From Tubulanus polymorphus (taxonomy: Eukaryota > Animalia > Nemertea), in contig NC_134025.1 of NCBI RefSeq assembly GCF_964204645.1, positions 22,982,299 to 23,046,298 of the forward strand: DNA of 64,000 nt, in the 5' to 3' direction. Both the position numbers and the translations under genes were made by a program. Positions 1 to 11,795 of this stretch are shown here, piece after piece (position 1 is the first letter of the stretch; each line of letters begins with the position of its first letter). The notes below the pieces were generated by a model. That model worked only from the letters and a program-made list of their open reading frames with translations, did not search any database and was not told the origin of the DNA.

Positions 1-1534
1 CTATTTAATCATAGCAGCCGACTAATTGAATCGCTTCGTCATCCAATCAAATAGATGAGAGGGAAAATCCCTATTTCAAGTTTGAGAAGAAAAAAGGAAA
101 CGTGGGACGATTGTCGGTTGGTAGCTGATGGATCTCTATGACTTTTGTCTGAAGTCATATAGAATACGATGCTAATCCCTCTAACCCATTTCTTCACATC
201 AAAAGTATCCGAACGGCTTCGATTAATTCAATGCGACAGAAACGCGCGAATTAATCGATCACGCGGCTGTCAGAAAAATACTGATCAACAACTACCTCCG
301 TCGTTGTTGCCAATTAGCAAAGATTACATTTGCTGAGCAATAATCGACGGTGCCTCGTAGTTTTGTTGAGTAGTTTTGTTGAATTGTTGAGTAGTTTTAA
401 CTCGTCTTTCGCGGTGTAGTTATGCGGCAATTTCGATTTTGGCACCGTCACCTCGTCAACACCTCACGTATCATGGTTTACAGCATCGCTATTGTCAACG
501 ATTCATGAAGACTTTATGATTTTTTTCTATTTTGTATAAGCCTAAGTTTAACCATTAACCATAAGCCTCATTCATCTACCAACTTTCGAAGTGGATATGG
601 AATAATTGTAATCATCGCCGTTATGTATAAACCTAAGTTTAGAATAAGCCTCGTTCATCTAATTTTCCGACGTGCTGGAAACACCGTCGCGCCGGAAGAC
701 GCATCAAACCGTCAAAATTAATTGCAGGTTCGTGCAATCTTGTAATTTATGATATCGCCGTTAAATTTCACGAACTAAAAGAAAGATGAAGCCTATAAGA
801 GTTGTGGCAGCCGATGTCTCTTTTTTCTTTATAGCCGAGTTCAAATGAACGTTTGCACTTGACGGTGATGCATTTGCCGCTGGCTTAAAGCGTTGAACAG
901 TTCCTTCCTCGCGCACAGTTGATTTCTGCTTGTAACGAGTCTTTAATTGGTATAGGGAAGAAAGTCTAACGTCAGGAGCTCTCGAGGGTAAGTTCAGGTC
1001 CATGAAAAGAAATTAAGTTACCACTTCCCCTGAGGGTTACAGCCACAGACATACATGTTTGAGCGGCTGCGAGGCGCGAATGCCGGGCACGAATGTTGTC
1101 AACGCGTCTGACAGAAGGAAAAATGACCCCAGAAATTCACAAGGACACTTCGCCAATGAACGGCAATGATATAGATGTCATCAAATCAAATTTTTACTAA
1201 ATCAACATATGAATTCAATATATTCAAAATTATTTTTAGTCAAATTCATATTCATAGATAAATGAATAGAGTTTTTGAATTTTTTCACAAATTGTCACTT
1301 TCTCTAAATATTTCGCTCAGATAGATTCTTTACGTATGGGTACACATACTCACCCGAGAATATAGCAGCGAATCCATTTTCATGCCTTTGACAATTGTAC
1401 GATATTGCATAAAATACAAAAGTATATGTATATACAATACACACTGGAATCATCAGTTCTCTAATATTATGTAGGGGTAGAACTGAAATATTTACAAAAA
1501 CGAATGTCGTGAGTTTGTTTTCGGCGACGACATT

Positions 1535-1807
1535 TTAGCTGGCGGTGCCATACGAGCCTCGCGATGGCCGACGATCGCCGTCAACACCGTTTGACCTTGA
1601 ACTGTTTTTGCCGCCGTCGTCGTTGGGCGTGAGGAGCGATGGTCGACGCGGATTCACCGGCGGTGGGGTCGAGTGTCGTCTGCCGTCGACGTTCGGATTG
1701 TCCGACTTGAACAGTTTCGATCGTTTACGTTGTTTCGACACTTGACTGGCGGATAAATGCGAGCCGTGGTGTTTGGATTTAAAACAAATGCTCAACAACG
1801 ATCCCAT
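1535..1807 (-). CDS. Putative 90-aa lipid-anchored microprotein (MGSLLSICF..., N-myristoyl/palmitoyl-type N-terminus, RRxS motifs)
   Basis: GC-rich ORF in AT-rich flanks. A splice acceptor (tcttctatttacag) lies 10 nt before the ATG, and candidate upstream non-coding exon donors (GTATG) are near 4855 and 5193. Gly2 and Cys8; RRHS, RRPS, RRPS. No homolog recognised. Confidence 0.5.
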   Translation of the reverse strand: MGSLLSICFKSKHHGSHLSASQVSKQRKRSKLFKSDNPNVDGRRHSTPPPVNPRRPSLLTPNDDGGKNSSRSNGVDGDRRPSRGSYGTAS

Positions 1808-1942
1808 CGTCTCGAATCTGTAAATAGAAGAGATGTTTTTTTTTCATAAATCTTACGTTTCGAAGCAGGGCATGTGATGCCATGTCAATAATGAAATATG
1901 TTCAATGAAATAATGGATGTATGGACAACTTTCATTGTTTTG

Positions 1943-2007
1943 TTCTTACGTTTCGGGCAGAATCCTTCCAATAAAAGATGGGAAGGATTCTGCCCAAAAC
2001 GTAAGAA
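1943..2007. mobile_element. Palindromic relic of a Penelope-like element terminus (partial hammerhead motif)
   Basis: 27-bp inverted arms (1943-1969 / 1981-2007, one mismatch) with an 11-nt spacer. Arm consensus GGAAGGATTCTGCCCGAAACGTAAGAA carries the stem II-GAAA-CG-TA half of a minimal hammerhead. Confidence 0.5.
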
Positions 2008-2183
2008 AAAAAAACTTTATGTGAGTTCTCTCAATGCTATTCATCAACACCGTATGTAGTCTCAACTATTTACAATGTTATTTTATAGTGTTGAAGAAAA
2101 TTAAAACCCAAATCGTAAGAACCATTATCAAAAGACAATTTTGAATATATACAGTCATTCGTTTCTCTAATTTTCCCATAAGA

Positions 2184-2260
2184 ATGTACTTCATTTGTGT
2201 GACCCCTTCAGGAAAATTTGCCAACAATATGTACTTCATTAGTGTGACCACTTCAGGAAA
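2184..2260. repeat. Short direct duplication (~32-bp unit, ~45-bp period)
   Basis: atgtacttcatt(t/a)gtgtgacc(c/a)cttcaggaaa occurs twice. Confidence 0.8.
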
Positions 2261-2289
2261 TGTATAGCACTACCATCAGAGTGTAGAAG

Positions 2290-3040
2290 TTCTCATAATG
2301 TAATCGCGCTTATCGTCACAAGGTCTCCTTCATTTTAGAAGTCTGATATTGAATCATACTCTAACTGTATTGACGACGATGATACGCGGTTATGCCCGGA
2401 AGAACAATATCTGCACTCGGATAGATAGCGTTTACCCAATAATTTAACAGGTACAATTACTGCTTCCATCGCAATTATTGGTGTCTTGTTGAGAGGATAC
2501 CCCAACTATCAGTCGTCGTCTGCGATGGACGGTCGATGATTGGAATAATAACGGTAATTTTGTACATCCAGGCCGTAATCGACGGGATGGCGCTGAGCTT
2601 TGCCTCCGCGTGCTCTTGTGTATCACCACGGGATTCCGATGGTAATTTCATTGACTACAGATACACTTATTCAAATATTGCATCTTACATATTCTCACAA
2701 TAGTAATGAAGATTCGTACTGGAAGTCGGCTTCGGTAACCCAATTAAGATAGTAGAACTAATTGTAAATTGTGTCAATATGATCCAGTCAATATGATATC
2801 TATCTTTACTGAAAACAAAACGAAACGACGTTAACTGGAGATAATTGCTATAGTTTATTACAAAAATACCGATAGTTGAAAAAAGCCAACGAATGAACAT
2901 ACGCATTTTTATGTGGGTGTTAATCGCTCGTAGCCTTAGCTCCGTTATTGGAAAAATCATACAACGTAAAGTGTCGTGGTATTATATACACATAATTCAC
3001 AATGGTTTCATGTTACTTTAGCTTTGTGTCAGCGTTTATT
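2290..3040 (+). pseudogene. Possible highly decayed intronless class-A GPCR
   Basis: Frame-hopping translation gives NVIALIVTRSPSF*KS..SY/LTVL (TM1-TM2-like), NNICT..ASIAIIGVLL/ER (TM3 with ER), MIGIITVILYIQAV (TM4-like) and later hydrophobic segments. Many stops and frameshifts. Confidence 0.3.
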
Positions 3041-6000
3041 AGAAATGTTAATAATTCATAAAGCCATCACAGAATAAAAACAACTCAAGCCAAACGGGCG
3101 TATCAATTTGGAGCCTGTAAGCATGCGGTAATGTGTAACTTATGTGTCAAAACGTATAGCATTATCTCGGATCTCATTTTAAGGCCTCCACGCAATCTTC
3201 CATCCTTCAATGATTTCTGTTTTATTGATATCGTTAGTGGCCACGATTTTTATTCTCAAAAGCACATGTCGGTCTTGACCTTCACGTCACAAAGCCATTA
3301 AGCAGGGATGATTGAGTGTGCCTATCATAATGATAGTAATAATGGTATGCAGTCGAAAATCACTTTTTCGATTTAAGTCACGCAACAATATATTCACACG
3401 ATTTATAAAGAAACAAATTCCGAATAATTCATGAAGCTATTTTGCTATATATATATTCAAAATTTTAAAAGAATCCGATCAATTCATGAAAGTAAAAAGT
3501 TCGTGCTTTTGAAGTTCATACCACAAAAAAAAACTTTAACCGATGATGACAAATGAATTAGACTAGAATTCAGAATAGATGTTGTTTGCAGGACACGAAT
3601 TTCAAAAGAAAATGTTATATTTCTTTACAGAGAAAATAATTCAGACGCTTCTGCTGCGGGGTCAAGGACACTAACGATTATGAATATTCCACGTACCCGA
3701 GACAGCCGAAGCGGCTGTTAATATGATTATGGAAAACAAAACGCAAACACAAGAAATACGTGAGGGAAATGTGACGAATAACGATAAACCGTAGCAATAG
3801 AAATTGTCGATAGCGAGACAAAGGGACAGAGATCGGAAACGCGAAATGAAAGCACAACGATTTGTACAAATCATGGTTCCAGATTAATGATGTAACTAAT
3901 ACATATGCTAACTTGAATAGATAAACGCGTTGTATATATATGCATAAGTACGACATAAGTGTGTTTTCAAATCGACAACTCGGACGAGCTACAAATTCAG
4001 TGCTGTCTGTGTATTACCATTAATAATTCATATCCGATAAGCATTGATCTTCCCCTTGTATCATGGCGCGCGTGGAATTTAGTCGTACGCACAATGATGC
4101 ATTATACCGGCGGCTGTTTTTTAGTATATTCATCAAGATGGATATCGAGAAAAAAACTCCATCGCCATGATTGCTCGATGATACGGTACGACAGCGGATA
4201 TTACATATACATGCTAATTCTCGTGTAGTCCTCAATCCGCTATATTGACCGCCGCATTAACTTTTTCTCGACCGCCTTTCATTCATTATATAATATCAAT
4301 TTGTCGGCTACATCCAGCCATCGAATAAAAATAAAGCTAGCCGGATGCCTCGATTTCATGGCGTTCGTAGCCCATTCTACCGTATTCTTCGGGGGATTTG
4401 CGAGAGCGACATGCGTGTCTTTTCGAATATTTTCGAGTTCAACCCGTTCCGACAACAATTTATGAATTATAAATGGATCGTGTAAAACAAAATAAGCCAG
4501 GAAAGTCTTAAAATACGATATTTACTACTCCGGCTTAAGTATAGTTCGTCTTTCCGACATAAAACTAATATTCAGTTTCGCATTAAAAACACATTATGAT
4601 ACGTAGAATATTTAATGATTGTTTTGTAACGATGGCCATCTACACACGTATAAGCATATTGAATAAAGAAGTTATACGCAGAGAACACGTTTTCTCCCAA
4701 AACACCTGCAAATTTAGAAATCTCGAAATAACCCGAAGTTGATGATTAAAATCACCAAAAGAAAAGAAAATTCGGTGAGGAATTCATTTCTATCAAACAC
4801 CAAACGTTAACATTTCACGACTCTTACAATAATCAATATTCAAATCTTCATACCCACCGTTTTTGAAAAAGAAATATTCCGTTTTTGTTCAATTGGTGAA
4901 TATGATGGATGTACTATCCCGATCCATCAAGCTTTTATGTTTCTACAGCGATGGACGAAGCGCGCGTAATTAAATCGTACCGTCTGGTAACATGTCCACT
5001 AAGTAAACTAATCTGAAATCGGTTTCTGGTGGAACTGTACTTTGATCGTTGATTCCACCTCGGGATTTGACAAATATCTGATCAGGCGCCGCTTTTCTTC
5101 TTCCAGGAGACAATTATCGTTGGTCGCGCGCGCGCCAGACTCTATCGTCACTAGTTTATCACGACGAAAAGGGGAGAGAACGATTTTTCATACCTGTAAA
5201 TTGAAAATTCGTTCCTCACACGCGCGCGCACAGAAATTTGACCAATTCGGAAAATTCTCAACGGATAAGTGATGGATATAGGGATCTTGCACGCACGCAC
5301 GACAACGGAGTATGATGCTTATGGTGGTGATAATGACGATAAACATTCCGTTGTATCGATTCTTGCCACCGTCACCAACTAAAGATAACAATGCTACAAA
5401 ACCGGCTGTCAAATTGACGATAAATTAATCTAAAACTCATTCCGCTTCATTTGCCGAAGGTTTTCAAGAAACACTTTTACATCTTCGGATCATATATACC
5501 CACAGCTCACACATTTGGTTTTGAATACAAATTGTCGTTATCTTATAGAAGGTGCAACTACTGTTATACAAATCAAATATACAATACCTAGATATGTCTG
5601 CAAAATCAGTGAGAGCAAAAAGTCTGAAACGCTATTTTTGCTTTCTTTGTAATGAGGGCACGACGCTAGGACGCCAGAAAAATGAATGTCGACTAATAGT
5701 GCAGAGAATACTTCAAAAACTAAATTTGAAGTCTAACATACGCTTTCCAGATATCTGGAAAAACGTCCCATTTTATCAATTCATGTGTTAAGATCTTGAA
5801 TGGAATGTATTTCCAGATTGAAATGGTTCGAGTCAGTGGTAAATGTAAAAAGAGATATTTGTTGGATTTGATACCGAGTGTACTTGTTGATAACTGCATA
5901 ACAATCTCAAAAGATGGCACAGAATTCAGCGATGATACGCCATTAATTGAGATACATTTTCTGATTTTTGAAGTGGAACTTTAATTGCGTTCGTTATTAC

Positions 6001-6902
6001 TTACGCGACGTAACTGACACGTCATCGCGCGTTATATATGGAGTCGCAAATTCACATGCTTCCACATTGGCAGACAAAATGAAGGCATCCTCGCACTCGA
6101 CCGCAGGTGATACAACTTTTCATGTACGATGATTTTATGTCTACTGCAAAGATCATTTCACTCTTGGGAACTTCACATTATTATTAGGGAACAGACATGA
6201 GAAATGAAAATGAACCTGTCTATATATACCCGTACCTTAAGGATTAATAACATCTTTCTATATTTTCAATAATCAGCTGTATTGAGAAAAACATATTATC
6301 ATCTCATCTCTAATATACATTTTGTCATTTGCAATTGAGACTTTCTACTTATTCATCGATGCCGTAGCATTTTGAGATATTTCTATGAATGAAATAGTAC
6401 GAAACAGGAATTGCGGTAGTAATCGATTGGTGAATTAAGTTTGGTTATGAAGAAATTCGATTCAAATCCTTGATCATAAATCTTTAATAATGAAAGATAG
6501 ATTCACCAAGATTTCAATAGATTTGTGAACTTCGTCGAGGCGACATTTTTAAGAAACCTCTCAAGTAACCAATCATGATGTGTTGCGTCTTCCCTTAGGG
6601 CATATAAATCACAAATTGTCTGATCTTTAATGGCATTCCATTTCGACGTGTAACGTCATAATTTTGAATTCGAAATTGACATAAAACGAAATGCGTTCCA
6701 TCAACTCTTCGAAGTATAGCTTCAAAATATTCCCCCAAGTTTCATTAGATATGTATGCTTGTCTCCGTAGTGTCGGGGTCGGAACTTCCATTGATGAAAA
6801 TGAAATCAGATGTCATAACAATGTGCATGTGACGGTGCGATGAATTCTAAAAGCTTTTATTGAGTCTATCGGAAAATAATCGTACCCGGTCACGAAATAT
6901 TC

Positions 6903-7111
6903 GCTCCGCTTGTGCCATTCACTGAGGAGAACTTGGGGATAGGCAAGAGGTCCGAATACCCGACATTGTTGGTCCCGAGAGAACAACGGCTAGACTATAC
7001 TCAACTATAGGCTACCGCATTATTGTCCAGGAATGGGTGAATAGTGCAATTAAGGCATCGCAGACCAACCACAATGTGGGTTACATCGATCCCAGATGGA
7101 GCTTTCCTTTT
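6903..7111 (+). ncRNA. Candidate structured RNA of unknown family (multi-stem, possible pseudoknot, T-tract at 3' end)
   Basis: Pairings read by eye: 6903-6908/7097-7102; 6913-6916/6942-6945; 6936-6940/7089-7093 (crossing); 6958-6974/7063-7081; 6995-6999/7006-7010; 7017-7029/7034-7047 capped by a GGAA tetraloop. Followed by TTTCCTTTT. Confidence 0.4.
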
Positions 7112-7245
7112 CGAAGTCCGTAAAGCGATCGACAAATTCGCATTCAATCAACCGACTGCGCCATCTATGATATATTTTGACAGTTCTCTAGTCCAAGCAA
7201 AACAACACAATCTCTCCTGAGCACGAATAAGGACTGTACCTGGAA

Positions 7246-8240
7246 ATGTGGTATATTATGTCCAGAACACAAGAAAATCATAACTTATCCGAACGGCTCA
7301 TTAGATCTATCAGTAATTGGGAGACATTTACTGGAGGCAATGACGATGTGGAGTATCTATTGGAGCTTGGTGCTGATGTAAACTGTACCCACGGGATGCT
7401 GATGCCACTGCATTGTGCGTGCATGGTCTGTGAAATTGAAACTGCTAAATTGCTCATTGCCAGAGGAGCGAATGTAAGATCATAATTTGTATTTCAATGC
7501 ATATACAATTTATCAACTAATAATGGCCACAAACGCATTTATTTTTGGTTTTACTTTTTCCTAGGTCCATGTATTTAATAACTGCATATAATTTTACATA
7601 GGTTAATGCTGTAGATGGATATGGACGAGCTGCCATCCATTATGCAGCCGAAAAGGACACTCAATGCATCGATATACTAGCCGAAAATGCAGCTAATCTG
7701 GACATTCCCGATGGCAACCAAGCTCGAGCCTTGCACTGGGCGTCATTTAAAAACAACGTCGAATGCGTTAAGCGTCTTCTGTCCTACGGCGCCGATGTCA
7801 ACTCTCAGGATTTCAATCGCGACTCGCCACTTAGTTGGGCAGCGCACAAAACTAACCTGGAAACGATTCGAATTTTATTGGATTACAACGCCGACGTGTC
7901 GTTAACGAATTTCAACGGACAAACGGCGCTTCTTCGCTGCGCACTGATGCAAGCGACCGGTTTGAATTCGCCCAATAGAGACGAAGCGTGCATCGACCTG
8001 TTAGTTCGAGCCAGCGGAAATCTTAATCTACGAGATGCGAAAGGTCAACTTCCGGCGATTATATATTCCGATAACCGGCTTAGGGAAATTTTGTTACCGC
8101 AATGTATGGAACCGCGAGCACTACAGGATATTTGTAGATGTGCTGTACGGAAACTTCTAGGACCGAATTATTTACCTCATACGGTCTACCGGTTACCGAT
8201 ACCGACGCGGTTAAAGGATTTTCTCCTTCTAAGAATCTAA
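7246..8240 (+). CDS. ASB8: Ankyrin repeat and SOCS box protein 8
   Basis: Exons 7246-7473 and 7602-8240 (GT-AG). MWYIM..LSERLIR..GADVNCTHG..PLHCACMV, ALHWASFKNNVECV and PLSWAAHK match ASB8. C-terminal SOCS box LQDICRCAVRKLLG..LPIPTRLKDFLLL. Confidence 0.93.
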
Positions 8241-8815
8241 TGTAGATCGCTGCATTATATTTTATTGAATTGACGGTGGTGAGGAAATGTCTTTCAAACT
8301 ACTGCTCTTATGCCATGGCACCTACAGCTGTCAGCTTTTGGCATGGGAACACATTTTTCAGTGGTCAGAGAAATAGGATTTTGTACATCAGCTATGTTAC
8401 TCCATTTCCACCCATGCTGTTGGCTAGCCTAAAATGATATGTTATTTGTAAAATTCATTTACTCAGTCGAATTCACTCGTCATCATAGTCGGGAACACCA
8501 TTATGCTGACATTTTATCCGAATAACAACTTGTCAAACATATTGGTAATAAAAAATAGATAAATCTTCATATTCTGATGACTTGTTTGATCAAAACATTA
8601 GCGAGTTTGACTGGATAAAATTTTATGCGAAGATTAGGAATAATTCAAAAATTACAATACATGTACGAAAATTTGATGAAAAGTGGATATAACTAACTCC
8701 CAATTAAAACTGGGTTCAGCATAATATTTTTTATTCGTGGCAGGGGTTTGAAAGGTATATTCCTTATGTATGGCCCGAAAAGAGTTCATATTGTTTACTC
8801 CAGAAAATAAAAAGT

Positions 8816-9356
8816 TCACATTAGTTTCAGTTTCTTGTTTGTGCTTTCATTTTCTTCATCGATGCTGCCCTCTGATAATTCATCCACGTCATCCATATCA
8901 TTTTCTTTGGCATCTGAAAAAAAGACTACATTTGAAGATGGCATTTTATTCTAATTCCCATAATCTAATGGGACTTTTCAGTTCTCCCTTAGTCTCCCTT
9001 CTCTCTTAAGTTTAAATTCCCCTTAATCACTGATTCGGGAATGACAGCTAATTGTATATGTAGACACATTATAAGCCACTCATGTATAAAGACAACCGAT
9101 GTATTTATACCCGTCAGTGAAATTGGAACTCGCCTGTTGTTGTTGAACAATCGCCAGCACCTGCTTTTGAGTTTTCTACTGCCACTGAAAGATGACGGTT
9201 AATATCAATCTGTATCTTTTTCGTGTTTTTAATTACGTCATGCCAGTAATTAGCTTTACTGCAGTCATAAGACAATTCTGTGGCGGTATTTGAGTTGGAT
9301 AATTCGATTTTTGCCACGATTTGTAATAATTCCGAGTTTTCCATGGGCGCCGCCAT
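8816..9356 (-). CDS. 106-aa small protein, GON7 (KEOPS subunit)-like architecture
   Basis: Exon 9356-9134 (MAAPMENSELL..., donor CAG|GCGAGT) joins in phase 1 to exon 8913-8816 (DAKENDMDDVDELSEGSIDEENESTNKKLKLM*). AATAAA on the minus strand at ~8731-8736. The GON7 assignment rests on size and domain layout only. Confidence 0.6.
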
Positions 9357-10357
9357 CTTTCCTTAGAGGTACGCGCAAAATTCAGAGGATATTCAAATAG
9401 GTTGGCTCCGAAAATATTCGCAGCTGCTTGTGTGTCCGGCGTAGTTGGTTATTATGACTAGTCAAGATTTAAGTCTTAGAAAATCCCACACTCAGATAGA
9501 AAAAAGAGTGCGAAAAGGCACAGGGGCCTGACACAAACAGTTTTCGTGATTTGACCTATGTACTAGGTATCATATATAGCAAATATCTAAGGTACCTAAG
9601 TTGAATTGATAACTCTGTGGACAAGTGCGACCTTTTTGCGTTTTGCCTCACAGACCTCTGTGCGAAAAGGTTTCCTAATTAATGATTCATGACCGATGCT
9701 TTGACTGTACCCTATCCCTGAAGATGACTATTAGTCTACGATGATAAATTATCTAAAGGAAACCTCTTTTGCCGGGCTACGCGATGTATGGAGGTTGGCA
9801 CGTTGATTGTCTGAGAAAATTATTTCAGTGTAATGGAAATTCCGCTAAAATTCAACAGCACATTATGGTGTATATTTGCAGCAAGTGATCGTCATATCTA
9901 AGCGCACCTTTATATCGAGATCGTCATCCGCATAAAGCGCGCTTGGGTGGGAAAAACGGAGCGTATATAAATCAGCAACAGCGTATATGGAATTGAAAGA
10001 AAATGTTAACTCCGATCTATTTTGCCAAACGCATGTGAATATATTTAAGGACATAGAAATTTCTAACAGTTTTTTTCCGGGTTTTTTTCTTACAGCAGAT
10101 CATATAAACACTTTCAGTAAATAATTGTTTATCTTATTAAGGACAAAGAATAGTTTTCCGCATTCGCGTCACGGCATTTAAATAAATGAACGAAGAAGAA
10201 TGAGAAGAATATGTTACACGCATATCGAGGGATGATTCTAGATTACGTATATTCTCAAATCATTGTAGGTAATTCAACAAATTCACTGGTGGCAATTCGC
10301 CAAATTTGTTGGACAAAAGATATCTAACTACTTCACAGAAAGTACAAAGCTTATGAG

Positions 10358-11279
10358 ATGCACGATAACGTTTCTAGCGTCGCATTGACAGCATCGCAAA
10401 TCAGCCGGTGTCAGAAATATAAAACTCATCCCGTTCTCTGGATTAACAAATTCAGGGTTGCTACGTACTTGGGCTGGTATTTGCCCGCGTCCGTACCGGG
10501 TATCATCTTCAACGCGTTCACGGTCGTAGTGCTAAAACGATTTTCTTATCAGAATCCTCGCTTTATATGATCTTTTGTTTATGATATCCTCGTTCATACT
10601 TTATCCGCTGAGAGCGGCTTACGTTTACACTGTTTTGGGCGATTTCGCAAAGACAACTGGAATTTCGGTATGTTATTCATCTCAGTCGCCTTGCCGTTTT
10701 TTATATGTTTCAGATGATTCGAAACTGGTGCACTGTACTGCACTGTACTGCTCAGTCTAGAGCGATTAATCGTCGTATTGTTTCCAATAAAATCTCGTAG
10801 ATTTCCGAGGAAGTTATTATTACTATGGTTAACAACGTTTTTCTCACTGTTAAGTTTCTGTGGCCATTTAGTTCACTTTCTTCCTCCACGTCATCTTGTA
10901 TTTATGAACTGTCCCGCCCATTGGCCCTATATTACGATCCGTTCTAAAATTTTTGGCACGATTGGTTTAGATATCGTAAATGGCGGTTCATAATTTCAGA
11001 GCGATATCTATTTATATACCAATTTGCATTTTAGTTGTAATCAATGTGATTCTTATTTCGGTCACATTTTTTCGTAGGTTTGATCGAAATTCTAAGCTCG
11101 GTCTAACTGGTGAATCGTCAAAAAAGGAAATACGGATTTTAAAGATGGTTTTATCGATAGTGTTTTTATTCATTATTTGTGAAGGTTTTGGATTTATCGA
11201 CCGTTTGAGTGGTAAATATATCCCTAGGTTTAAGGGTTTAAGGCTAATAGCCTTTGGCTTTTCTATCGTCGATTCTTAA
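10358..11279 (+). pseudogene. Intronless rhodopsin-type (class A) GPCR pseudogene
   Basis: TM1 PGIIFNAFTVVVL, TM3 end LLSLERLIVVLFPIKSR, TM5 YIPICILVVINVILI, TM6 KMVLSIVFLFIICE, TM7 start AFGFSIVDS. Split over several frames by stops and frameshifts, including a 10-bp duplication gcactgtact x2 at ~10730-10749. Truncated before the TM7 NxxxY motif. Confidence 0.75.
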
Positions 11280-11795
11280 GCAGATAACGGTGTAGCGATT
11301 CATCGAGGGATGGACCGGAACCCTCCATAACACGCCCCCCCCCCCCCCTAGAGCGAACGGTGCGCAGACTGCAACGATTCGACACGAAAAGCCAAAATAG
11401 ACTCGCTCTTCATTGTATACACGTTTTATTGTGAGGGTTAATATCAGTCCTAATTTGCATTCAGTGGTAAGGTCGCCGAAGTGAAACCAGCTTCCTCGCT
11501 TGCCGGGTTTGATTGCCTCGTGAAGAGCTTGGCAGTCAAACTCTGGCGAGTGAGGATACATCACTTCGGCATTGCCGCGACTCGAAAAAGCTCGGAGCCA
11601 CCCGTTTACAATTCAATTTCAATTTATTCTTTGTGTTATATGGGGTTCGCTGTCACTTCAATTTTGATAGATAAAAGATATGTGATACACGGCATACGAT
11701 TTGAAGGAGTGTAGATCTTTATCCCAGTCCCATAGTTAGGCCTTTATAAGGCCTAGATTCAATATAATTGTCTCTGGGAAAATGGGCCACGTTCA

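Noticed and set aside
761-1003. 80-aa minus-strand ORF with a hydrophobic C-terminus
   Set aside because: No recognisable motif, splice context or codon signal; compatible with a chance ORF
3630-4240. Overlapping short ORFs and an acceptor-like site
   Set aside because: Stops in all frames and no coherent protein; cannot be supported
9717-9750. CTGAAGA-T-GACTA-T-TAGTC, a hammerhead-like start
   Set aside because: No GAAA core or cleavage triplet follows stem II
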